In this document: one piece after another, positions 50,200 through 57,889 of the stretch
Numbering within the stretch: the stretch's first letter is position 1
Layout of the letters: the number at the start of each line of letters is the position of its first letter
Source: a virus
Taxonomy: Duplodnaviria > Caudoviricetes
IMG/VR virus record: IMGVR_UViG_3300021131_000007
Span: 1 to 57,889 of that record
Length of the DNA: 57,889 nucleotides
Strand: one strand, 5' to 3'
The notes under the pieces: model-generated
The model's database searches: none
Told to the model about the DNA's origin: nothing
What the model saw: only the letters and a program-made list of their open reading frames with translations
Translations under genes and position numbers: made by a program

Positions 50200-50728
50200 A
50201 ATATTGGGAATAGATGCTAGTACCAATAGCATTGCCTTTTGTTTAATTCACGATAAAACCCCAATCAAGTGGGGAGAAGTAACTTTTCAGGGTTCCAGTG
50301 TTTATGAAAGAATTCTTGATGCCAAACGCAAAGTTCACGCAATACGTGAACGTTTAGATTATGATACAATATGTATAGAGGCAGCAGTTTCAGTAAAGTC
50401 CGTAGCAACTGGACTTAAGATGGCCTATATGTTTGGAACAATTATGGGAGAACTTATGTATGACGATACAAAAGTTATTGAAGTTCACCCGCTTAGTTGG
50501 CAAGGGTATATAAAAAATCCTAATTTTAAAAAAGCTGAAAAAGATGCTGTCAAGTCTGAATTTCCAGGAAAATCAGAATCTTGGTATAAAAATAAAGTTA
50601 GAGAACTTAGAAAACAAAAAACAATTGATTTTGTTAAAACTTTAGGTATCGAAACTGATAATGATAACGTTGCAGATTCGGTGGGAATAGCATGGTGGGC
50701 AGCTAATGAGCAAAGCAGATCTTTATAA
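50189..50728 (+). CDS. ruvC: RuvC-like Holliday junction resolvase
   Basis: ILGIDAS, CIE, HPLSW, DNVADSVGIA. Confidence 0.85.
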   Translation: MANKILGIDASTNSIAFCLIHDKTPIKWGEVTFQGSSVYERILDAKRKVHAIRERLDYDTICIEAAVSVKSVATGLKMAYMFGTIMGELMYDDTKVIEVHPLSWQGYIKNPNFKKAEKDAVKSEFPGKSESWYKNKVRELRKQKTIDFVKTLGIETDNDNVADSVGIAWWAANEQSRSL

Positions 50729-50861
50729 ATCAAAAGCTTGGCTATATAAAAGATATGTAGTCGAAAGAAAAAATATTATTGAAATAGCAAAAGAGGCGGG
50801 ATGCAGTCATATGACCATCCAAAGATATTTAGAGAAATACGGAATGGTTAAGGGGAAATAA
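50706..50861 (+). CDS. 51-aa HTH protein (not in ORF track)
   Basis: Hand-translated: MSKADLYKSKAWLYKRYVVERKNIIEIAKEAGCSHMTIQRYLEKYGMVKGK. Confidence 0.75.
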   Translation: MSKADLYKSKAWLYKRYVVERKNIIEIAKEAGCSHMTIQRYLEKYGMVKGK

Positions 50862-51040
50862 TGCCAATCTACGAATATGTATGTATAGAGTGTGATACTT
50901 CTACAGAGGTTACAAGAAGTTTTAACGATCAAGAAAAAATTCCTCCATGTCAAAATTGTGGTTACAGTATGGTTAGATCATACAATGCTCCAGGAATCCA
51001 ATTTAAAGGTTCTGGATTTTACAAGACGGATAACCGATGA
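50861..51040 (+). CDS. FmdB-family zinc-ribbon protein (not in ORF track)
   Basis: Hand-translated: MPIYEYVCIEC..CQNCG..PGIQFKGSGFYKTD. Confidence 0.85.
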   Translation: MPIYEYVCIECDTSTEVTRSFNDQEKIPPCQNCGYSMVRSYNAPGIQFKGSGFYKTDNR

Positions 51041-51558
51041 ACGAAATAGAAGTAGCAAGTCAATTTGATCAAATGAATAAAGTTGTTGAGGAAATGCTTA
51101 AGGGCAATAACCCAACACAAATAGCAAGACAACTTGGATTGCAAAGAGTAGAGGTTGTTAATCATATTGAAACTTGGAGATCGCTTATGCAAGGTGATCA
51201 CGGAGTAAAAGAAAGAGCTTCAGAAGCATTAGCAGCAGCAGATCAACATTATAATATGATTATTAAAGAAGCCTGGGATACAGTTAATCAAGCAAATGAT
51301 CAAGATGCTCTAAATGTAAAAGCACAAGCATTAAAGCTAATTGCTGATGTTGAACAAAAGCGTATTGACATGTTGCAAAAAGCTGGCGTTATAGAAAAAA
51401 ATGATATGGCTGATGCTATATTAGAAACAGAACGCAAGCAAGAAGTTTTAGTTGGAATATTAAGAGATGTATCTTCATCTTGTCCTAATTGTAAACAAGA
51501 GGTAGCTAGAAGACTAGCACAAGTAACAAATACTGTAGAGGTAATATCAGTTGACTGA
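51037..51558 (+). CDS. terminase small subunit (putative)
   Basis: N-terminal HTH (NPTQIARQLGL), helical; directly before terL. Confidence 0.6.
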   Translation: MNEIEVASQFDQMNKVVEEMLKGNNPTQIARQLGLQRVEVVNHIETWRSLMQGDHGVKERASEALAAADQHYNMIIKEAWDTVNQANDQDALNVKAQALKLIADVEQKRIDMLQKAGVIEKNDMADAILETERKQEVLVGILRDVSSSCPNCKQEVARRLAQVTNTVEVISVD

Positions 51559-53389
51559 TTTTAGCGATTTTTTAGGTGCACTTGAAGAAGATGCATTTGA
51601 AGAAACTCCTGTAGAAATTGAAGAATTTGTAACTTCAAAAGATTATTTAGGGCTTCCGCCTTTATCTGAATATCAGTATCAGATGATTAAAGCCTCTACC
51701 CAAATATATAAAAAAGAAACATTAATTAAGTTATTTGGTGAAGAAGAAGGTGGAAAAAGATGGAATCAAACTTGTAATGAAGTTATTTTTCAATTAGGTA
51801 AAGGATCTGGAAAAGACTATACCTCTACTATTGCTTGTTCATATGTAGTTTATTTATTGTTATGCTTAAAAGATCCTGCTAGATACTATGGAAAGCCTCC
51901 AGGAGATAGCATTGATATTATTAACGTTGCTATTAACGCCATCCAGGCACAACAAGTTTTCTTTAAAGGTTTTACAAATAGAATTACTAGATGTAGATGG
52001 TTTGATGGAAAATATCAACAAAAGGTAAGTAGTTTTATTTTTGATAAGGGAATTACAGTACACTCGGGTCACTCTCAAAGAGAATCTTGGGAAGGTTACA
52101 ACCTTTTATTTGCTGTACTTGATGAAATTTCAGGATTTGATTTGGATTCAACCAGCGGAAATGAACAAGCAAAAACTGCCTCATCTATCTATAAAATGTT
52201 TCGTGGTTCTGTAGATTCTCGTTTTCCATTGTTTGGCAAAGTTTTGCTTCTTTCTTTCCCACGTTTTAAAAACGATTATATCCAACAAAGATACAATGAA
52301 GTTGTGGCGGAGAGAGAAGTTGTTATTCGCAAACATACGTTTAAAGTAGATGAAGATCTTCCAGATGGAACTGAGGGTAATGAATTTCATATTGAATGGG
52401 ATGAAGATCATATTCTTAGCTATAATGTACCAAGAGTTTTTGCTTTAAAGCGACCAACTTGGGAAATTAACCCAACAATTAAAATTGAAGATCTTGCTAT
52501 GAATTTTTATTCAGATCCTATTGATGCTCTTTCTAGATTTGCCTGCATGCCTCCAGATGCAGTAGATGCTCTTTTCCATTCCCGTGAAAAAGTTGAAGCA
52601 GCATTTAGTAATTTAAATATTGCATTAGATGAAACTAATTCATTTAAAGATTGGTTTCAGCCAGATCCAGAAAAAGCATATTATATTCACGTTGACTTAG
52701 CTCAAAAACATGACCATTGTGCAGTAACTATGGCTCACGTAGATAGATGGGTTACTATGAAAATGGCGGGAGCCTACACAGATGCCCAACCTTATGTAAT
52801 AGTTGATGCTATTAGATACTGGACTCCTACAAAAGAAAAATCAGTTGATTTTACAGAAGTTAAAAATTATATAATTAGTTTAAAACAACGTGGATTTAAT
52901 ATCAAGCGTGTAACATTTGACCGTTGGAATTCATTTGACATGATGGAACAATTAAAATCTTATGGAATGAATTGTGAAGTTTTATCTGTTGCCAAAAAGC
53001 ATTATGAGGATATGCTTTTATGCGTTATGGAAGAAAGATTAAATGGTCCTAAAATTAATCTAATTATTGATGAATTACTTGAGCTTAGAATTGTTAAAAA
53101 AGATAAGGTAGATCACCCTAGAAAAGGTTCAAAAGACCTTGCAGATGCTACTTGCGGGGCAATTTATAATGCGATATCATTAACTCCTAAAGGTGATGGA
53201 GAAATCCATGTTTATAGTTATAATGCTTTTGATGAAGAAGTAGAGCGTGATACAGACGTCAGAGGCAATCAAATAATTAGGGCGGAAAAGAAAAAAGAAA
53301 TTCCAGGAAATGTAAGAGATTATCTTGGTATAGATTCTGATGACGATATGCCTGCGGATGGATTTGTAGATAATTTTAGGATACTTTAA
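51551..53389 (+). CDS. terL: terminase large subunit
   Basis: Walker A GKGSGKD, Walker B AVLDE, HVDLA, TFDRWNS, DHP..SKDLADA. Confidence 0.92.
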   Translation: MTDFSDFLGALEEDAFEETPVEIEEFVTSKDYLGLPPLSEYQYQMIKASTQIYKKETLIKLFGEEEGGKRWNQTCNEVIFQLGKGSGKDYTSTIACSYVVYLLLCLKDPARYYGKPPGDSIDIINVAINAIQAQQVFFKGFTNRITRCRWFDGKYQQKVSSFIFDKGITVHSGHSQRESWEGYNLLFAVLDEISGFDLDSTSGNEQAKTASSIYKMFRGSVDSRFPLFGKVLLLSFPRFKNDYIQQRYNEVVAEREVVIRKHTFKVDEDLPDGTEGNEFHIEWDEDHILSYNVPRVFALKRPTWEINPTIKIEDLAMNFYSDPIDALSRFACMPPDAVDALFHSREKVEAAFSNLNIALDETNSFKDWFQPDPEKAYYIHVDLAQKHDHCAVTMAHVDRWVTMKMAGAYTDAQPYVIVDAIRYWTPTKEKSVDFTEVKNYIISLKQRGFNIKRVTFDRWNSFDMMEQLKSYGMNCEVLSVAKKHYEDMLLCVMEERLNGPKINLIIDELLELRIVKKDKVDHPRKGSKDLADATCGAIYNAISLTPKGDGEIHVYSYNAFDEEVERDTDVRGNQIIRAEKKKEIPGNVRDYLGIDSDDDMPADGFVDNFRIL

Positions 53390-53391
53390 TT

Positions 53392-53631
53392 ATGAAGTTA
53401 CTCAAGAGTAAAAAACCTGATATAGATTACGAACAGCTATATCATGATTCCCAGCAAAAATTAAGCTGGTACATTGATGCACTTGAGCAAAAACAAATAC
53501 AATGTGATACAATTGAACAAGTTGTTTCTAGTTTGAAGCAAGAAAATGCCCAACTTAAAAAAGAGTTGGAAGCCCTAAAGCAGGGACTTATAGATTTACC
53601 TAAACTATTGGGTAAAAACCTAGGAAAATAA
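53392..53631 (+). CDS. small coiled-coil protein
   Basis: Heptad pattern. Confidence 0.6.
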   Translation: MKLLKSKKPDIDYEQLYHDSQQKLSWYIDALEQKQIQCDTIEQVVSSLKQENAQLKKELEALKQGLIDLPKLLGKNLGK

Positions 53632-53652
53632 ACCAAATAAGAAAAGGAAAAT

Positions 53653-54702
53653 ATGAAAACAAATAAAAAGATTACCATTGCTATCGCTGCAGCCCTAGCA
53701 TTCACAGGTATCTCAACATCAGCACATGCTGCTCCACTATCAGTAACAGTAGCAGGCTCAGCAAATGCAACAACTTCTGCAGCACCAGCAACGATTGCAG
53801 TTCCTGCATCTAACGTAATTGATTCAGGTCACTCTATTGCTCTTGCAGCAACAGCAGATACGAACACTGTAGTAACATTTACTGCATCTGGTTCTGTAAA
53901 GCTTGTTTCAGCACTTAATACAACACCAGCACCAGTTAATACTGCTTCTGGTGTAACATCTGCTTCTGTAACCTCACAAGGTTCAGCAGTAACAGAATAT
54001 GCTTATACAACAAGCACATCAGTTGGTTCTGTAACTATTACAAATGGTGCATATTCAACTATCGTATACATTCAAGGTACAGCAGGAGCAGCATCTAATG
54101 TTTCTGTTTCTGTTCCAGCTTCAGCAGCAATTAACACTGCCCCAACAATTTCTGTTTCAGCAACAGACGTTTTTGGCAACGCAGTTGGTGGAGAAACCGT
54201 ATCAGTAACCGTAATTGGAGGAACATTCTCTGATCTTACTGTAACTAAGTCCCTAGTTACATCAACAGCAGCAAATGTGCTTGCTGATAATACTTTGACT
54301 TTGGGTTCAAAGTCTGCAACTTTGGCTGCAGTTTCTGCAGGTACAGTAACAGTAGTTGCTACTGATACATCAATCGGTTCAGCAGTAACAGGATTGCCTG
54401 CACCAGTTAAATCAATTGCAGCATCATTTTCTGTATCAGATCTAAATGCTTCAATTTCAGCATTGCAATCACAAATTGCAAGTTTGAGCAACACAGTTGC
54501 AGTCCTACAATCTCAACTAGCAACTGAAAAAGCAGCACATGCTGCAGACTCAGCAACAGCAACAACTGCACTTGCAAATGCAAAGGCTACATCAGATGCA
54601 GCAGCAGCAACTGCAGCAGCAGCATATAAGGCAGAGTATAACGCTCTTGCTACAAAGTGGAACAAGGCTCATCCAAAAGCTAAGGTTGCACTAAAGAAGT
54701 AA
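53653..54702 (+). CDS. secreted Ala/Thr/Ser/Val-rich Ig-like surface protein
   Basis: Sec signal MKTNKKITIAIAAALAF..AHA; ATDVFGNAV Ig-like motif; coiled coil; basic tail KWNKAHPKAKVALKK. Confidence 0.75.
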   Translation: MKTNKKITIAIAAALAFTGISTSAHAAPLSVTVAGSANATTSAAPATIAVPASNVIDSGHSIALAATADTNTVVTFTASGSVKLVSALNTTPAPVNTASGVTSASVTSQGSAVTEYAYTTSTSVGSVTITNGAYSTIVYIQGTAGAASNVSVSVPASAAINTAPTISVSATDVFGNAVGGETVSVTVIGGTFSDLTVTKSLVTSTAANVLADNTLTLGSKSATLAAVSAGTVTVVATDTSIGSAVTGLPAPVKSIAASFSVSDLNASISALQSQIASLSNTVAVLQSQLATEKAAHAADSATATTALANAKATSDAAAATAAAAYKAEYNALATKWNKAHPKAKVALKK

Positions 54703-54718
54703 ATTAATACAATTAGGG

Positions 54719-54746
54719 AGGGCGGGATACTAATTCCGCCCTTTTT
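54719..54746 (+). terminator. rho-independent terminator
   Basis: AGGGCGG..CCGCCCT followed by TTTT. Confidence 0.8.
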
Positions 54747-54763
54747 GGTATAATGGAGACAAG

Positions 54764-55039
54764 ATGAATACACAAATATGGTCATGGGCATTATCTACAA
54801 TAGGTGTTATAGGCATATATCTTACTGGTAGAAAAAACTGGCGGGGATATGCAGTAGGCATTTGTACAGAATGTGCTTGGGTAGCATATAGCATGCAGAC
54901 AAAACAATGGGGTTTTATTTTTGGATCAACAATTTATATTTCTGTATATTTGTTTAATATTAATAAATGGATTACAGAAGCTAAATCGTTCAAGAATAAA
55001 GTTCATCTAAATATATTTCATACAAGGAAGGTAAAATAA
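54764..55039 (+). CDS. small three-TM membrane protein (PnuC-like fragment or holin)
   Basis: WSWAL..GIYLTGRKNWRGY..WVAY..QWGF; directly before the endolysin. Confidence 0.6.
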   Translation: MNTQIWSWALSTIGVIGIYLTGRKNWRGYAVGICTECAWVAYSMQTKQWGFIFGSTIYISVYLFNINKWITEAKSFKNKVHLNIFHTRKVK

Positions 55040-55040
55040 T

Positions 55041-55589
55041 ATGACAGCAAAAGCAGTACCAGCGGTAGGGGCAAATAAGCCAGGATCAGCAGCACGTTTT
55101 CTTGAGGTAGCAATGTCTCAAGTTGGTGTAGTAGAAGGTCCAAAAGATAATGAAACAGATTACGGCAAGTTCACAGGTCATGACGGACAAGCATGGTGTG
55201 GTTCTTTCATGATGTGGTGTGCAAAGCAAGCAGGAGTAACAATTCCAAATGTTGTTTATACTCCAGCAGGAGCAGATGCATTTAAAAAAGCTGGAACATG
55301 GACAGATGCTGATAAAGCAGATCCAAAACCAGGAGATTTAATTTTCTTTCATTTCTCAGCAGCAGCAAAGCCAACAGATTTAATTCAACACGTAGGTGTT
55401 GTTCTAAAGAATAACGGTGATGGAACAATCACAACTGTAGAAGGAAATACATCACCAGATCATAAGCCATCTGGAAGTCCTGATAATGGTGGAGAAGTTG
55501 CATCAAATATTCGTGGATATAAAGTTGGAAATAAAGCTGGAAAATGGGCAACTGTTGTTGGTTTCGGAAGACCAGCATACACTGCATAA
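55041..55589 (+). CDS. CHAP-domain endolysin / peptidoglycan hydrolase
   Basis: AWCGSF, PKPGDLIFF, HVGVV, TVEGNT, VGFGRP. Confidence 0.88.
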   Translation: MTAKAVPAVGANKPGSAARFLEVAMSQVGVVEGPKDNETDYGKFTGHDGQAWCGSFMMWCAKQAGVTIPNVVYTPAGADAFKKAGTWTDADKADPKPGDLIFFHFSAAAKPTDLIQHVGVVLKNNGDGTITTVEGNTSPDHKPSGSPDNGGEVASNIRGYKVGNKAGKWATVVGFGRPAYTA

Positions 55590-55653
55590 AACTAATTAAG
55601 TAATCATTCTGGTATAATGGGCATGTAGACACATTCTACATGGAGGTCAATAA

Positions 55654-57840
55654 TTGACCAGAAAGATTAAATTTATAATAGCAACTCTGTTTACCACAGG
55701 GTTGCTATTTCTTTTCCCGTCCAATAAAGCACATGCTGATGATACGGCGGTAGTTGATACAACTAGCCAACCAGTATTAGACCCATCAGTAAGTATAGAA
55801 AATAACAGCACTATAACAATTAACAGTGTACAAAATAAAATAGATTCAGCCACATCCACACTTCAATCTACAGCCCAAATAGATTCCGCAGCAATAATAA
55901 ATTCTATACAAACAAATGTCCCTAATGCAGACACTCAAACAGCAGTTCAAATAGCAACAACGCAAGATCCAATTTCAACAGCAGTTCAAGATGCTACTTT
56001 AAAAATACAAATAGCAAATCAGGCTATAGATTCTGCCACATCTGCTATTAAAATTGTTAACTCTAATCAATTAGTTGTAGATTCTCAAACAGTAATAGTT
56101 TCTAATATTCAATTGCAAATAGATAGTGCTACCGCAAATGTAGATAGTACTACAACCACATTACAATCAGCACAAAATACATTATCGTCTGCTCCTTTAT
56201 CAACAATTAATGTAACGGCTTCTGGAGTTATTGCAACAGTTTATCGTGCTCAAAATGGAGCATCACCATCGTTAAATAATTTAGGTAATCCCGTAGAAAC
56301 TTTAGTAGTACCATCAATATCGTATAACTGGGGTAGTGGACAAATTCTTAACTCTGGTTTATCTGATCACGTTATAGTTGTTTTTAACGGACAAATAACA
56401 GTACCAAACACTACAGATATTTATTATGCTGTTTATTCAGATGACGGTTCAAAATTGTATATAAATGGACAATTGATTATAAACAACTGGAGAGATCAAG
56501 GTTTAACGTGGAGTCCTTACAGTCAACATTTTACAGTTACCCCAGGACAAACTCAAGATATTACTCTTTACTATTATGAAAATGGTGGCGGAGCGGGAGT
56601 TACAATGGGATGGGGATACAATAATATTTGGACATCTCCTACTTCAGTTAATTATAGCCATGTAACATCTACAACTTCAGCTCCAAATCCAGCTTTAGTT
56701 CAAGCAGTAACAGATGCTCAGAAAGCTTTAAATGATGCTCAAAATAATTTAAATACCACACAACAACAATTGTCTGAAGCAATAAATAATTTAGCAACAG
56801 CACAAAATAATCTTCAAATATCTTTACAAACTGCTAACGCTCTTGCGGATACTGCAACAGTAGCAGTTCAAACAGCAGTAACTGCTATGGATAATTCAGT
56901 GCAAGTTACAAATGATTACTATGCACAAATTGCAGCAGCAAAAGCAGCAACAGATGCCCTTGCTGCACAACAAGCAGCAGATAGACAAGCAGCACTAAAA
57001 GCAGCAGCGGATGCTGCTGCAGCCAAAGCCCAAGCAGATGCATTAGCAGCCCAACAGGCTGCAGATAAAGCAGCAGCAGATAAAGCAGCAGCGGATGCTG
57101 CTGCAGCTAAAGCACAGGCAGATGCCAAAGCAGCACAAGATGCTGCTGATGCTAAAGCCAAACAAGATGCTGCAGATGCTGCAGCAAAAGCTGCACAAGA
57201 CGCTGCAAATGCTAAAGCAGAAGCAGATGCAAAATTAACTGCACAACAAGCAGCAGATCAAGCTGCAAAAGATGCACAAGCAAAAGCAACAGCAGATAAA
57301 GCAGCAGCGGACGCTGCAAAAGCTCAAGCAGATAAAGTTTTGCAAGACGCAATTGGAGTAAAACCAAATAATCCAGATCAACTTTCAGATACAGTAGTTA
57401 AAGAAGCTCCTGCCGAATTACTAGTTCCACATATTCAAGTAGATCTAAAAGGAGTAGAGAATGGTGGCATTCAATTCTTTGGTACTAAGAGTGCACCTCA
57501 AGTTGTTGGAGAAGATGGTAATCTTACACCACCAGCCCCACCTCCAGGATCTGGTTTACCAATACCTGCAGATGCAATCACTACTGCTGATACATTTATC
57601 GGACAACCAGGTGGTGCTAGTTTCAATGCTCCAGATGTTGCTGTCCCTGTTGTTTTAACACCAGTGACTGGTGCACTTGCTGCAGTACCTGGAGTACAAG
57701 CAATTAATCAAACATTTGTTGCAATGGCAAACATTGGAAACGATATGTCACCTGTAACAAGAAAGAAAGCTAAAAAAATCTTAGTAACTACAGTTGTCGT
57801 AGGACAAATAGTAGCACTTAGAAGGAGGTTCGGCAAATGA
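55654..57840 (+). CDS. secreted/membrane-anchored PA14-domain protein with long Ala-rich coiled coil
   Basis: Signal peptide ..AHA; PA14 motifs YNWGSG, SDDGSKLYING, NNWRDQG, YYENGGGA; AAAKAQADA repeats; C-terminal hydrophobic segment followed by RRR. Confidence 0.8.
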   Translation: MTRKIKFIIATLFTTGLLFLFPSNKAHADDTAVVDTTSQPVLDPSVSIENNSTITINSVQNKIDSATSTLQSTAQIDSAAIINSIQTNVPNADTQTAVQIATTQDPISTAVQDATLKIQIANQAIDSATSAIKIVNSNQLVVDSQTVIVSNIQLQIDSATANVDSTTTTLQSAQNTLSSAPLSTINVTASGVIATVYRAQNGASPSLNNLGNPVETLVVPSISYNWGSGQILNSGLSDHVIVVFNGQITVPNTTDIYYAVYSDDGSKLYINGQLIINNWRDQGLTWSPYSQHFTVTPGQTQDITLYYYENGGGAGVTMGWGYNNIWTSPTSVNYSHVTSTTSAPNPALVQAVTDAQKALNDAQNNLNTTQQQLSEAINNLATAQNNLQISLQTANALADTATVAVQTAVTAMDNSVQVTNDYYAQIAAAKAATDALAAQQAADRQAALKAAADAAAAKAQADALAAQQAADKAAADKAAADAAAAKAQADAKAAQDAADAKAKQDAADAAAKAAQDAANAKAEADAKLTAQQAADQAAKDAQAKATADKAAADAAKAQADKVLQDAIGVKPNNPDQLSDTVVKEAPAELLVPHIQVDLKGVENGGIQFFGTKSAPQVVGEDGNLTPPAPPPGSGLPIPADAITTADTFIGQPGGASFNAPDVAVPVVLTPVTGALAAVPGVQAINQTFVAMANIGNDMSPVTRKKAKKILVTTVVVGQIVALRRRFGK

Positions 57841-57889
57841 AATTAATTAAAGGTTTATTGTCAGACCTAGCCAATCAGATTTGGACTTT
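57837..57889 (+). CDS. 3'-truncated ORF (MKLIKGLLSDLANQIWT..)
   Basis: SD AAGGAGG; ATGA overlap; runs off the window. Confidence 0.55.
   Translation, partial: MKLIKGLLSDLANQIWT

Noticed and set aside
41820-53389. Inteins or introns in dnaE, recA, terL
   Set aside because: Normal lengths, contiguous motifs, no intein splice signatures seen
1-57889. Alternative genetic code, tRNAs, integrase or transposase
   Set aside because: Genes read fully in the standard code with tight packing; intergenic gaps are too short or lack cloverleaves; no recombinase motifs recognised

Overview
Low-GC (visibly AT-rich) segment of a large tailed dsDNA phage with a siphovirus-type tail module (major tail protein, frameshifted G/GT chaperone, 1697-aa tape measure, no sheath gene seen). 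All credible genes are on the + strand. Order: partial tail fibre; FN3 virion protein with a Pro/Phe repeat tail; a stand-alone Peptidase_S74 fragment; a Gnt1-like glycosyltransferase; seven tandem prolyl-4-hydroxylase-like 2OG-Fe(II) dioxygenases plus a DUF6065-like gene; head and tail genes; replication/recombination genes (DnaB, DnaG, SSB, DnaE, RecA, Cas4-like, RuvC); terminase; secreted proteins and a CHAP endolysin. The gene set and order resemble large actinobacterial siphoviruses, but the host is an inference. The most notable signal is a candidate virion-protein modification and maturation system. Two distant fibre-like proteins both end in Pro-rich repeats followed by an identical tag (PPRFGTSSIRFKE), which is the catalytic N-terminal stub of an S74 intramolecular chaperone. 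The rest of that chaperone is encoded once, as a separate gene heading a prolyl-hydroxylase/hydroxyproline-glycosyltransferase cluster. All calls come from motif recognition by eye; no searches were run.
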